NCBI RefSeq assembly: GCF_009914755.1
Contig: NC_060944.1
Strand: one strand, 5' to 3'
DNA from: the human T2T-CHM13v2.0 reference genome, Homo sapiens
DNA length: 64,000 nt
Notes under the pieces: model-generated
The model's database searches: none
Seen by the model: only the letters and a program-made list of their open reading frames with translations
What the model was told of the DNA's origin: nothing
Shown: positions 52,791 to 64,000 of the stretch, piece after piece
Layout: each line of letters opens with the position of its first letter
Position numbering within the stretch: position 1 is the first letter of the stretch
Made by a program: the position numbers and the translations under genes

Positions 52791-54203
52791 TCCCACCATG
52801 ATACTGTGTTGTATAAAATAGGTGAAAGAGTGTGTGTGTGTGTGTGTGGGTGTGTTTAGAAAGGCAGCCTAATTTGGTGGAGATATTTAGTAGAGACATT
52901 TAGGAACCTTGGGCTCCAAGCTTAATTCTGCTATATGAAAGCTGTGTTACCTCGATGAAAGAACTTGACGTCTCTGAGATTCAGTGTCCTCATCCTTCTT
53001 TTCAAACCTCCAGTTGTGGAAGACAAACTATGGCTCTGAAATAACAAGCACAAATGCAATAGAAATACAAAGCATGAGTGAGTATACATAGACACTTGTG
53101 TGGCCCATGTGTGTCTGTGTATGTGGCAGCTCCCTGGGCAGGTCTGTGCATTTGTGTGTAAATGCTTTTACACGTGAGCATGCGTAGCAGAATCATGTCT
53201 GTTTCCTCTCTTGAGAGCCCCTGGTTATGCACTGTGGGTCCGGAAAAGGTATCCAGACCTCACTCATTATACCCATTTGCCTGTTGTACTTAGAAACTTT
53301 ATTTTCTACCGAAGTTATGGCTCCCTCCCAGCTGTTGAAAGTCTGGGTTATGGCATGAGTGGAAGATCAAGGCTGCTTCCACTCCCAAATGCATGCTCAG
53401 TCCCTCGCTCTGCCCATTTGTCAACTCTTGGCCCAAAACTGTCCTCTCAGAGATTTCCCTTAGGCTGAGTAAGGAAGCCAGTTATAGCCACCTGGGAAAA
53501 AGGAGCCTCAGACAATGTGGAGGGGCCAGGGGAGAGGATACCTGCTCCAGGTCTTATTTTCCTCTCTCAATACCTAAGCAAACGCGCCGTGACAAAGGAG
53601 GGGACTTTGGCTTTTCCACATAGAGTGAGTGCTACATAAATATAAATTAAAGACATCAACAACCATCAATAGTCACTTTTATAAGACCCATTTTACAGAT
53701 AAGAGAACTGAGGTTCAAAATGTTTAAGTAATTGACACAAGGTCACAGGGCACATAAGCAGCAAAGACAGGATCCTGGAGCAGCTCCATCCTACACCAAA
53801 ACCTGCGCTTATTCCACTGTGCCCACGAAGGTATCAAACTGGTGCACCTGGCAAGGTCATAGGTGAGGCAGCTGGGATTTCCCAATCTGCCTTAACACAT
53901 AGCCTTAGCCAGGGTGACTGAGCAAGAAAGCACTGTCTCTGCCTGAAATTGTGCCAGGGAAAGGGTGCAGACTCAAGAGACCAGCTTAGCAGTTGTGTAA
54001 GGGGTATCATCCTGCCTGCACACTGTTTCCTTATCTGCAAATTGGTCTAGCACGCCACACCTCTCAGGATCAGTGGAGACCAGAAGAGTGTGGGGAGATC
54101 AGCACATACAGGTGTGTGGACCAGAGATGAAGACCCATGAACATCAGGCAGTGGGGATAGAAAGAAGGCAGAGGCCAGGTCCTGAAGGTCTAGTGAAGCC
54201 ATC

Positions 54204-54662
54204 TGTATTAGTTTCCTGAACTTGGCAGCCTAAAACAACAAACATTTATTATTTCTCAGCTTTAGAGGCCAGAAATCCAAAACGAGTTTCAGTGGGCCAA
54301 TATCAAGGTGTTGGCAGGGCTGTGCTCCCTCTGGAGGCTCTAGAGGAGAATCTGTTCCTTGCCTTTTCCAGCTTCTGGGGGCTGCCAGCTTCCCTTGATC
54401 TCAGTTGCATTGTTCCAGTATCTGCCCCCGTGATCACTTTGCTTCTCAGTCTGTGTGTGGTAAAACCTCCTTCTGTCTCCCTCTTATAAAGAGACATGTG
54501 ATGGTATTTAGGGCACACCTGTATAAGCCAGGATAATCTACCCACCTTAAAATCCTCAACTTAATCACATCTGCAAACAGTCTTTTTCCAAAAGAAAAAA
54601 TAAAGGAATATTTACAGGGATTAGGAACAATTATCTTTCGGGGGCATTTTCAGCCTACTACA
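54204..54662 (-). mobile_element. MaLR LTR (MLT1C-like)
   Basis: tgtattagtttcct...tcaaggtgttggcagggc...ttaatcacatctgcaaa...ttcagcctactaca. Confidence 0.88.
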
Positions 54663-55554
54663 CCATCTAAATAAGCTGATACTACATCTTGGTGGCACCA
54701 AGGAGCCATTGGAAGGTCTCTGGTGGCAGAGTGCCATGATGAGATCTATTTCCTGAAATAAATGTGGACTCTCTCATGGCCTGTGGCAAATCCACTCCCT
54801 GCTCGAGGTTTCTGAAAAGTCCCAGAGGCTTTCACTATTTTGTCACTCCTAGCTCCCTTTCTTTCCCTCTTACCTATGATCTCCTGCACTTCTGCTCAAA
54901 TGCAGAATTAAAATATTCTTCCTTGATCTTTACCCCCTCCCCCCAAAAAAATTCACTCACACAAGACATTTTTGTGTGTCGATGACTTTACTAAAGGTTT
55001 GTAATGTCAGACTGAGTTGACATCATAGAATGCAAACAATTTTAAATTAAGCATTAAATATCTCATTTTGATGCATCCTTGACCCACCCTGGCTACCTTC
55101 TTTCTAGACTTTCCCCTTCTACCATGTTCCCAGACTGCTTATTTTCATTCTTTTTTTATTATTTTCCTTTTCTCTGCTCTACCCCATCCGGAAATTCCTG
55201 CAATTTCTCAGACTGAGCAGTTAAGATATGTCTTACCCTCTCCAGGTGATAAATGTTAATTTCTGGCCTCTAAAGCTGAGAGAGGTGTTAATTTCCTAAG
55301 CAAGGGTAACTTCCTCCCCAAGAGGATCCCTAATACTGCAGTTGAAATCAGAATTTTTTCATCCTATTGCACTTATACATAGAAGTATATTATATGTTAA
55401 ATACATTTAAAGGGACATCGCACATGTAAATACCCACACACTCTCATACACACACATGCCCCAAAGATCACAGCTAAGTCCCAACTTGAAGTAAGCATGT
55501 TCGAATGTCATCGCCATGACCCACCCACCCATCTGTTTTGAGCTGTGGTTGGCA

Positions 55555-55790
55555 GCAAATAATTAGCATTCACCAGGATGGCCAAGCCCAGCTTCCACTG
55601 TGGATCCCAACAGCCTGCCTCACAGCAAGAGACTCCGCTTTGGTGTAATTACCTATTCCTTGCACACCAGTTGCCCTGGTGTGATGTCAGCCCCTCCACA
55701 TTGTTTATTTTAATTAAAACAGAAATTGCAGGTCTTAGGTGCTTGTAATTACAGCCCATGAACTAAATTGACTGAGGCCCCTAATTAACC
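55555..55790. promoter_or_regulatory. Candidate enhancer: homeodomain-site cluster
   Basis: TAATTA at 55560, 55646, 55711, 55746, 55782; forkhead-like TGTTTAT at 55702; non-repeat context. Confidence 0.45.
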
Positions 55791-56610
55791 TGAAACACGT
55801 CTACCTGGCTGGAGGTGTGAGTTTGGACTTGACTAGTTCAGGGCACTGCATCGGCACCAAAAACAGAGCAAGGAAAGGTCTATTAGGGATTCAGATAGGG
55901 CATTTGCCCTCCAAAAACTGCTACACACAGCCTGTACCCCTCAGACCACATTGTGGGTTCAATTTCAATTCCAAATGTACCTAATTAGCCCAGGACACAC
56001 TCAGCAAAAGTGTAGTGATAGCATCTAAAAATCAACTAATGTAATCATCAATAGAATAGAAAGCAAAAACAAAGGAGTAAAAAAATAAAAATAAAAAATC
56101 ACATGATCATTCCAATAGATGCAGAAAAAAACTTTTGACAAAATCCAACACTCTTTTTTTAATAAAAACACTCAACAAACTAGGGATAGAAGAGAACTTC
56201 CTCAACCTGATAAAGAGCATCTATGAGAAACCCATAGCTACGTCATACTCAGTGGTGAGAAACTTTCTCCCTAAGGAGATGCTTTCTCCCTAAGATCAGG
56301 AACATGACAAGGATGTCTGCCCTTAACACTTCAATTCAGCATTGTTCTGGAGGTTCTGTCGCAGGCAATTGAAAAAGAAAAAGAAATACAGACATTCAGC
56401 TTGGAAAGAAAGAAGTAAAACTATCTCTATTTTTATGTGACATGATCTCATATATATAAAATCCGAAGGAATCCACTAAAAAATAGAACTAATAAATGAA
56501 TTCAACAAGGTTGCAGGATACAAGATCAATCTACAAAAATCAACTGTATTTCTATACACTTGCAATGAGAAATCTAAAAATAAAGTTAAGAAAATAATTT
56601 AATATGCAAT

Positions 56611-57255
56611 GGTTGGTGGGACTGTAAACTAGTTCAACCATTGTGGAAGTCAGTGTGGCAATTCCTCAGGGATCTAGAACTGGAAATACCATTTGACCCA
56701 GCCATCCCATTACTGGGTATATACCCAAAGGACTATAAATCATGCTGCTATAAAGACACATGCACACTTATGTTTATTGTGGCACTATTCACAAAAGCAA
56801 AGACTTGGAATCAACCCAAATGTCCAACAATGATAGACTGGATTAAGCAAATGTGGCACATATACACCATGGAATACTATGCAGCCATAAAAAATGATGA
56901 GTTCATGTCCTTTGTAGGGACATGGATGAAATTGGAAATCATCATTCTCAGTAAACTATAGCAAGAACAGAAAACCAAACACCACATATTCTCACTCATA
57001 GTGGGAATTGAACAATGAGAACACATGGACACAGGAAGGGGAACATCACACTCTGGGGACTGTTGTGGGGTTGGGGGAGGGTTGTGGGGTGGGGGGAGGG
57101 GGAGGGATAGCATTAGGAGGTATACCTAATGCTAAATGACGAGTTAATGGGTGCAGCACACCAACATGGCACATGTATACATATGTAACTAACCTGCACA
57201 TTGTGCACATGTACCCTAAAACTTAAAGTATAATAATAATAAAATTTAAAAAAAA
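56611..57255 (+). mobile_element. Young 5'-truncated L1 (L1PA3/PA4-like)
   Basis: WKSVWQFLRDLELEIPFDPAIPLLGIYPKDYKSCCYKDTC; 3'UTR ctaatgctaaatgacgagttaatggg...taccctaaaacttaaagtataat. Confidence 0.95.
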
Positions 57256-57557
57256 CAAAGTAGTAAAATAGAAAGTAATTTAACAAAAAATATAAAACTT
57301 AACTCTGAAAACTTCAAAACGTTGTTGAAAGAAATTTAAAAAGACCTATAAAACTCTAAAAACATTCGAGGTTCATGGATTGGGAAACTTAATATTGTTA
57401 AGATGGCAATATTCCTCAAATTGATCTACAAATTTAACACAATCCCTATCAGAATCCCAGCTTGCTTCTTTGTAGAAATTGAAACTGATTATAAAATTCA
57501 TATGTAATTTCAAAGGTCTCAGAATAGTCAAAATCATCTTGAAGAAAACAAAGTTTT

Positions 57558-58022
57558 CCCAAATGCCCATCAATTATAGACTGGATAAAGAAAATGTGGT
57601 ACATATACACCATGGAATACTACATTGCCATAAAAAGGAATGAGATCATGTCCTTTGCAGGGATGTAGATGAAGCTGGAAGCCATCATCCTCAGCAAACT
57701 AACACAGGAACAGAAAACCAAACACCGCATGTTCTCACTCATAAATGGGAGTTGAACAATGAGAACACATGGACACAAGGAGGGGAACAGCACACACCAG
57801 GGCCTATTAGGGGGTGGGAGATAAGGGGAGGGAACTTAGAGGATGGGTCAATAGGTGCAACAAACCACCATGGCACACGTATACCTACGTAACAAACCTC
57901 CACGTTCTGCACACGTATCCCAGAACTTAAAGTAAAATTTAAAACAAAACTGCATGTTCTGCACATGTACCCCAGAACTTAAAGTATAATAAAAAATAAA
58001 ATTTAAGAAAAAGAAAAGAAAC
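57558..58022 (+). mobile_element. 5'-truncated L1PA (about PA8-PA10) with doubled 3' terminus
   Basis: cccaaatgcccatcaat...gggaacttagaggatgggtcaataggtgc...cccagaacttaaagt occurs twice. Confidence 0.9.
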
Positions 58023-59492
58023 AAAAATGAAAAGGCAACCCACAGAATGAAAGAAGATATATTCAAATGCTGTCTCTGATGAGAGACTTGTTCTAGAACA
58101 TGTAAAGAGCTCTTAAAACTGGGTAATAAAAAGACAAATAACCCAATTTAAAGATAGGCAAAGGATTTGGATTGGCCTTTATCCAAAGAAGATATACAAA
58201 TAGCCAATAAACACATAAAAAGATGCTCAACCATTAAGCAGGGAAATGCAAATCAAAACCACAATGGGATACCACTTCACGACAACAAAATTGCCTAGAT
58301 AGGATTGCCTAGATAGCAACAAAATCAGAAAGAACAAAACATCAGTGTTGGAGCTATGCAGAAATTGCAACTCTCATACACTGCTGATGGAATATAAAAT
58401 GGTGAAACCGCTTTGGGAAACAGCCTGAAAGTTCCTCAAAAAGTTCAACACAGAGTTACCATATGACCCAGCAATTTCACTCACAGTAGATAACCAAGAA
58501 AAATGAATACATACGTCACATAAAAAACTTTCACACAAGTGTTTATGTAATTACTCATAATAATAAATTATATTATGAATTAATTAGTCAAAAAGTAGAA
58601 ATAACCCAAATATTAATATAAATCAACTTATTATAGACAATATATGGTATATCCATACACTGGAATAAAATTCAGCCACAATGAATGAAATGTTGATATA
58701 TCCTACCACATAGATGAACTTTGAAAAAGTTAAAGTACATGAAAGAAGACAGTCACAAAATATCACGTATTATATAATTATACTTAAATGTAATGGCCAG
58801 AATAGGTAAATCTATAGAGATAGGAAGTAGATTAGTGCTTGCTTAGGGCTGGGGAAGATAGCGGGGTAGGGGAGTGATTGATAAAGGATGCAGAGTTTCT
58901 TTGTGAAGTGAGGAATATATTCTAAAATTGACTGTAATGATAGCTGAACATATCTGTAACTATACTAAAAACCATTGAATTGTACTCTTTAAATGAATGA
59001 ATTTTATGATATGTAAATTATATCTCAATGAAGCTGCTTTACTAAGTGTACTGGGTACCAAGTACCTCCCAGGCACCATACAGGTGCTGATATAAAAGCC
59101 ATGTCAAATACATAAACTGAGTGTCTTCTTTGTTTTTTAAATGATTCTTCCTCAATTTTTAGAAAATTAAGAAAAACTATAAGGAAGAAAAGAGAAATCA
59201 TCTATAATCATACCTCCAGTGACAGCCATTATTTATATTTTTCATGCATTTTCTCTGTTTCTTCCATTCAAAATCCTTTTAATGTATTGGATGCCATTTT
59301 GAACATCTTAAAATATATTTATATTAACAAACCCTTACATGCTTACCAAGCAATTTAAGGAATAAAACAACATCAATAGAAGAAAACACCATCTACATGC
59401 ATAATTATCTTGAGGAAATAATCAGAGGTTATCCAAGATGTATAGGATGCTCACCCCAGCACCACCCTTAACGGTAAAACAAGGAAAACACT

Positions 59493-59806
<314 letters not shown>

Positions 59807-59809
59807 TCA

Positions 59810-62800
59810 GCGAAGGTTTTTTTTTTTTTCATCTTTGTGAATGTAAAAAAAAAAAAGTATCTTTCATTTTTAATGTAAAGTTTTTGATAATAATGAGATA
59901 TTTTTACAAATGTATTATCTTTTGATGCCTCAGCAAATTATATGTGCAAGTCTTATGGGCACTTTTTCTCTGGTTTTCTTTTTTATATGGTGATTTTTTA
60001 AAATCTCTGCACGTATTAAGGACAGTAACCATTCTGCCGTATATATTGTAAGTACTTTTCCAATTTGGACATTTTTCTTTTACTGTTGCTTATAATATTT
60101 TTAAAGATATGGATTTTTTTTTCAGTGGCCAAATATATTATTCTTATCCTTAAGATCTCTTCTATTGCTCTGAGGCTTAAAATATCTTTCATCATCTGAA
60201 ACTCAATTAAATATTTATTATATATTATTCTAGTATTTCATACTGGCAATCTTAACTTTTCACTATGCTGTGTTAAGTAAAATTTGTGTATATCATAACT
60301 GCCCAAAGCAATAACTGCCTGTATTTTAAAAAGTAACTCTTTAATCCATTTATAATTTAATTTAGGAGATAATGTGAGGTAAGGTTCTCATTTTATTTTA
60401 TTCCAACACTCATTAAAAAATTCACCCCTTTCCAAATAATTAACATTTCTTTTATCTTCTATTAAGCTTATAGGTATTCTAGCATGCAATTCAAGACTAT
60501 CCCTTCTATTTCATGACATCATATTTTAATTGTTGTATAATGCCATATTGTTTCAACTACAGTAGTATATATGTCAAATACATAAGAATGACATTTTTAC
60601 TTCTGTTGCAGGAGGCAATGCTTGTTTTGTCTAATGAAATTCAGAATCACTTTCAAAATCAAAATTCCAAACCATGTTAAATGTATGAATGAATGAGGGA
60701 CTAATTAATATCTTTGCAATATACAATCTTTCCAACTAGATATATAGTTGTCTTTCTATTCATTCTTTTTTTATATTTCTAAGTTGAAGTTTCAGATCTG
60801 ATTTTGGTTTCTTTCCAATATGTTATAATAAAGTTTCAGGTATACAAAAAAGTTGAAAGAATTTTATAGTGAGCACTTACACAGATTATCTCATTGACAC
60901 CTTAATTCCTTTATCTCAATCCATCTTGAGATTTTTATACACTTTAAATTATGTATATATATACACATGTATGTGTATATGTGTGTGTGTGTGTATATAT
61001 ATATATCAGTACATATCCTCTTAAATATTTCAGAATACATATCATTAACTGCAGTTCAGTATTTGTTTACAGGTTTTTGTGGTAAAATTTACACACAATG
61101 AAAGACAAAAATCTTAACTATATATTGGCTGAGTTTTGACAAATGCTTACATCTATGTACCCAAACCTCCATCAAGATGTAAACATTGCATCATTCCAGG
61201 AAATTCCCTCATGTCCCTTTTTCATCAATAACCATTTCTTCCCCCAGAGTAAATCACTATTCTGTTTTTCTCCACCATGAATTAGTTTTGCCTATTTTAG
61301 AACAACATATTATGGAATACCGTTCCCATGTGTACTCTTGTGGATGACTTCTTTCACATGACAAAACCTTTTGAGATTCCTCTGTGCTGTTGCATGTTCA
61401 ATAATTTGTTCCTTTCTATTCCTAAGTAGTATTCCATTGCATGAATATACTGTAATGTGTTTATTCATTCTCCTATTGATAGACACCTGGGCTGTTTCCA
61501 GTTTATAATTATTATTATTATATACTAATAAGGTCTTGCTAGGAACATACTTGTACAAACCTTTTTGTAGGCATATATTTTCAGTTTTCTTGGTTAATTA
61601 CCTGGGATTCAAATTTCTGGGTCACAGGGTAGATATGTGTTCAGATTTATGAAAAATTATGAGACATTTTGCCAAACGCCCACTAACAATGTATGACAGT
61701 TCCAGTTGCTCCACATTCTTGACAATTGGGATTGTTTCCATCTTTCATTTTAGAACTTCTGAAGGGTGAATAAGGATGTCACATTGTGGTTTGAATTTTC
61801 CTGATAAGTAATGATATTGAGTATTTTTATATCTGGTCATTGGCCAGGTGTATATATTTTGTGAAATGCCTGTCCAGTTAATTTGCTCATTTTTACTCCT
61901 TTATTATTAAATTGCAGGAGTTCTTTATACATCCTGGATACCAGTCTATTGTCAGATAACATCTGTTTTACTTATAATTTTATCCAGTTTGTAGATTGCC
62001 TACCTAACAGTGTCTATCTATGAGCAGAAGTTTTCTTAATAACGTCTATTTATGAGCAGAAGTTTCAAGCTTTGATGAAGTCTAATTTATCAGTTTTTCT
62101 GAGTCTTGTCAAAGAAAACTTAGTCTATCCCTAAGTCATAAAGATACTATCCTATATTTCTATTGAAAACTGTGTGGTTTGTATATTGTATAAAGTGGCA
62201 GTTAAAGTCCTTTTTCTCACGAGAATAACTGGCTATTGCAGCATCCTTAGTTAGAAGACTTTTCTTTCTGTATTGAATTGCTTTGATGATTCTATCAAAA
62301 ATTAGTTGGCCAGTGGAGTGTGTTTATGAGCTTTCTGTTCTGTTCCACTAATCATTTGTTGATGGTTATGCCAGTACCACATTGTCTTAATTGCTTTAGC
62401 TTTAAAATGAGTCTTGAAATCAGATAGTATAAGTTGACTAACTGTTCTTCTTTATCAAGATTGTTTTATCAAAGTATTCTATGTGCTTGCATTTATATAT
62501 AAATAGTAGAGTCATTTTTTTCAGTTTCTGCAAAAGTCTTTCTATTGTGATTATGTTGAATCTATTGGTCGGTTGGGAGAGGATTAACATCTTGACAACA
62601 TTATATCTTCGTATCCATAACCACCCATTGATTTGGGTCTTCTTTATTTACTCTCAGCAATGTTTTATAGTTTTCAGTGTAGAGGTCTTGTACATATACT
62701 GTTAAATCTAATCCCCAGTATTTTTTGTTTTTGATAATCTGTAAAGGGTTTCTTAAAATTTTACTTCCCAAACATTTGTTGCTAGTATATAAATAATAAA

Positions 62801-63660
62801 ATTGATTTGTGTATGTTTACCTTGAATCTTACGAGCTCTCTAAATTCACGGATTACTTCTAGTAGTTGTTTCATAGATTTATTAAGATTTTATATGTAAA
62901 CAATCATGACACCAGCAAATAAGTACAATTTTACCTCTTCCTATCTGTATGCATTTTTTTTATTTTTGGTTTTTCTCCTTTTGCAATGGCTGCAATCGCA
63001 GTACAATGTTAAATAGAATGGTGAGAGAGGGCATCTTTGCCTTGTTTCCAATCTTAGTGAGAAAGTGTTCAATATTTCACCAATAAGTATGATGTTTGAT
63101 GTATCTTTTTAATAAATAATCTTTATCGATTGAGAAGTTTCTCTTTTATTACTAGATGGTTTTATTGCTAGATTAATGACTAGATTGTTTTTATCAATGG
63201 GATGTTCATTTTCTGTCAAGTCTCTTTTCTCCTTGATGCATGTTTCTTCCTAGTTCTGTTAATGCAGTGGATTATACTGTTGGATTTTTAAGTGTTAAAT
63301 GAACTTTATATTTCTGAGATAATTCTGACATAATAAAAAAGTCAGAATGTGTCATTCTTTTCATATACACTACTGGATTGGGTTTGCTAATATTTTGTTA
63401 AGGGTTTTTGAGGCTCTGTTCATCCAGGACTTTTTGTCAGTAATTCTTTCTATCTTCCTTTAATTTTTTGGAACAAGAGGAAATATCTGTCAGATTTGGG
63501 CATTATAGTTTCATAAATGAGGGTCATGAAATGAATTAGGGAGTGTTTCTTCCTCCTCTCTTTTCTGAAAAGAGTTTGTAAACGATGTTATTTCTTCTTA
63601 AATATTGAGAGAATTCACTTGTGAAAATATTGAGACCTAGAATTTTCTTTGAGGGAAGAT
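59810..63660 (-). mobile_element. Old antisense L1M fragments (L1ME/MD/MC-like), including (TA)/(TG) repeat at about 60953-61006
   Basis: tttgagattcctctgtgctgttgcatg; ttccagttgctccacatt; gccagtaccacattgtctt; cagtacaatgttaaatag; tttgctaatattttgttaagg. Confidence 0.85.
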
Positions 63661-64000
63661 GTTTATTAACTTCTTTGACTCCACATTTACTTGGAGAATT
63701 TGGTATGTGTTTATTTGTGTGTTGGGGAAGGGGGTTATTTTAAACCCTATTATTCTTTTTTATTCTTTTTTTTTTTCAGCTTTTTATCTAATGGAGCTCT
63801 GCTCTACTGAGGTGGAATCGCTTCCAAATTTTCTTGCCTTATTCTTTAACATTCAAAATCAGCAGAACATATGAAAGTCTACAGTGTCCAGCAGGCCCTG
63901 CTGCTCAGTCTGTCCTTGTCTCTGTCCTCATCACACAACTTTACTTATAGTATCTATTCCTCCCAGGATCCATGTATTAAGGTCACAACTTTCTACCCTG

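Larger units (their letters stand above)
56020..59035 (+). mobile_element. Old L1M (L1MB-like) ORF2 and 3'UTR hosting two nested L1PA pieces
   Basis: cacatgatcattccaatagatgcagaaaaaa (ISIDAEK motif)...; 3' end attgaattgtactctttaaatg...ttatatctcaatgaagctg. Confidence 0.88.

Noticed and set aside
56589-57283. agaaaataatttaa / agaaagtaatttaa as TSD of the young L1
   Set aside because: Neither copy abuts the insertion; both are explained by the host L1M sequence

Overview
Primate genomic DNA, most likely human or ape: it carries AluY and an L1PA3/4-type 3' end, is CpG-depleted and has no CpG island. The window is intergenic or deep intronic. More than half is recognisable interspersed repeat: a doubly deleted L1PA at 0.65-4.9 kb, older L1M copies at about 21-23, 45-47.5, 56-59 and 60-63.7 kb with nested younger L1s and Alus, about ten Alu/FLAM/FRAM elements, many MIR and L2 relics, a fragmented CR1/L3, MaLR LTRs, and hAT/Tigger MITEs. 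I can support no intact protein-coding gene, tRNA, rRNA or CRISPR array. The listed ORFs are L1/Alu remnants, simple-repeat artefacts or chance ORFs. The most interesting non-repeat signals are: (1) a chain of about six adjacent inverted repeats plus a G-quadruplex at 43.3-43.55 kb, overlapping an exon-like minus-strand frame; (2) a TATA/CCAAT/tandem AP-1 promoter-like module with splice donors at about 13 kb; (3) a cluster of AGGTCA nuclear-receptor half-sites around an exon-like segment at 32.2-32.5 kb; (4) a dense TAATTA homeodomain-site cluster at 55.55-55.8 kb. Repeat subfamily names come from memory of consensus sequences, and boundaries of old repeats are approximate.
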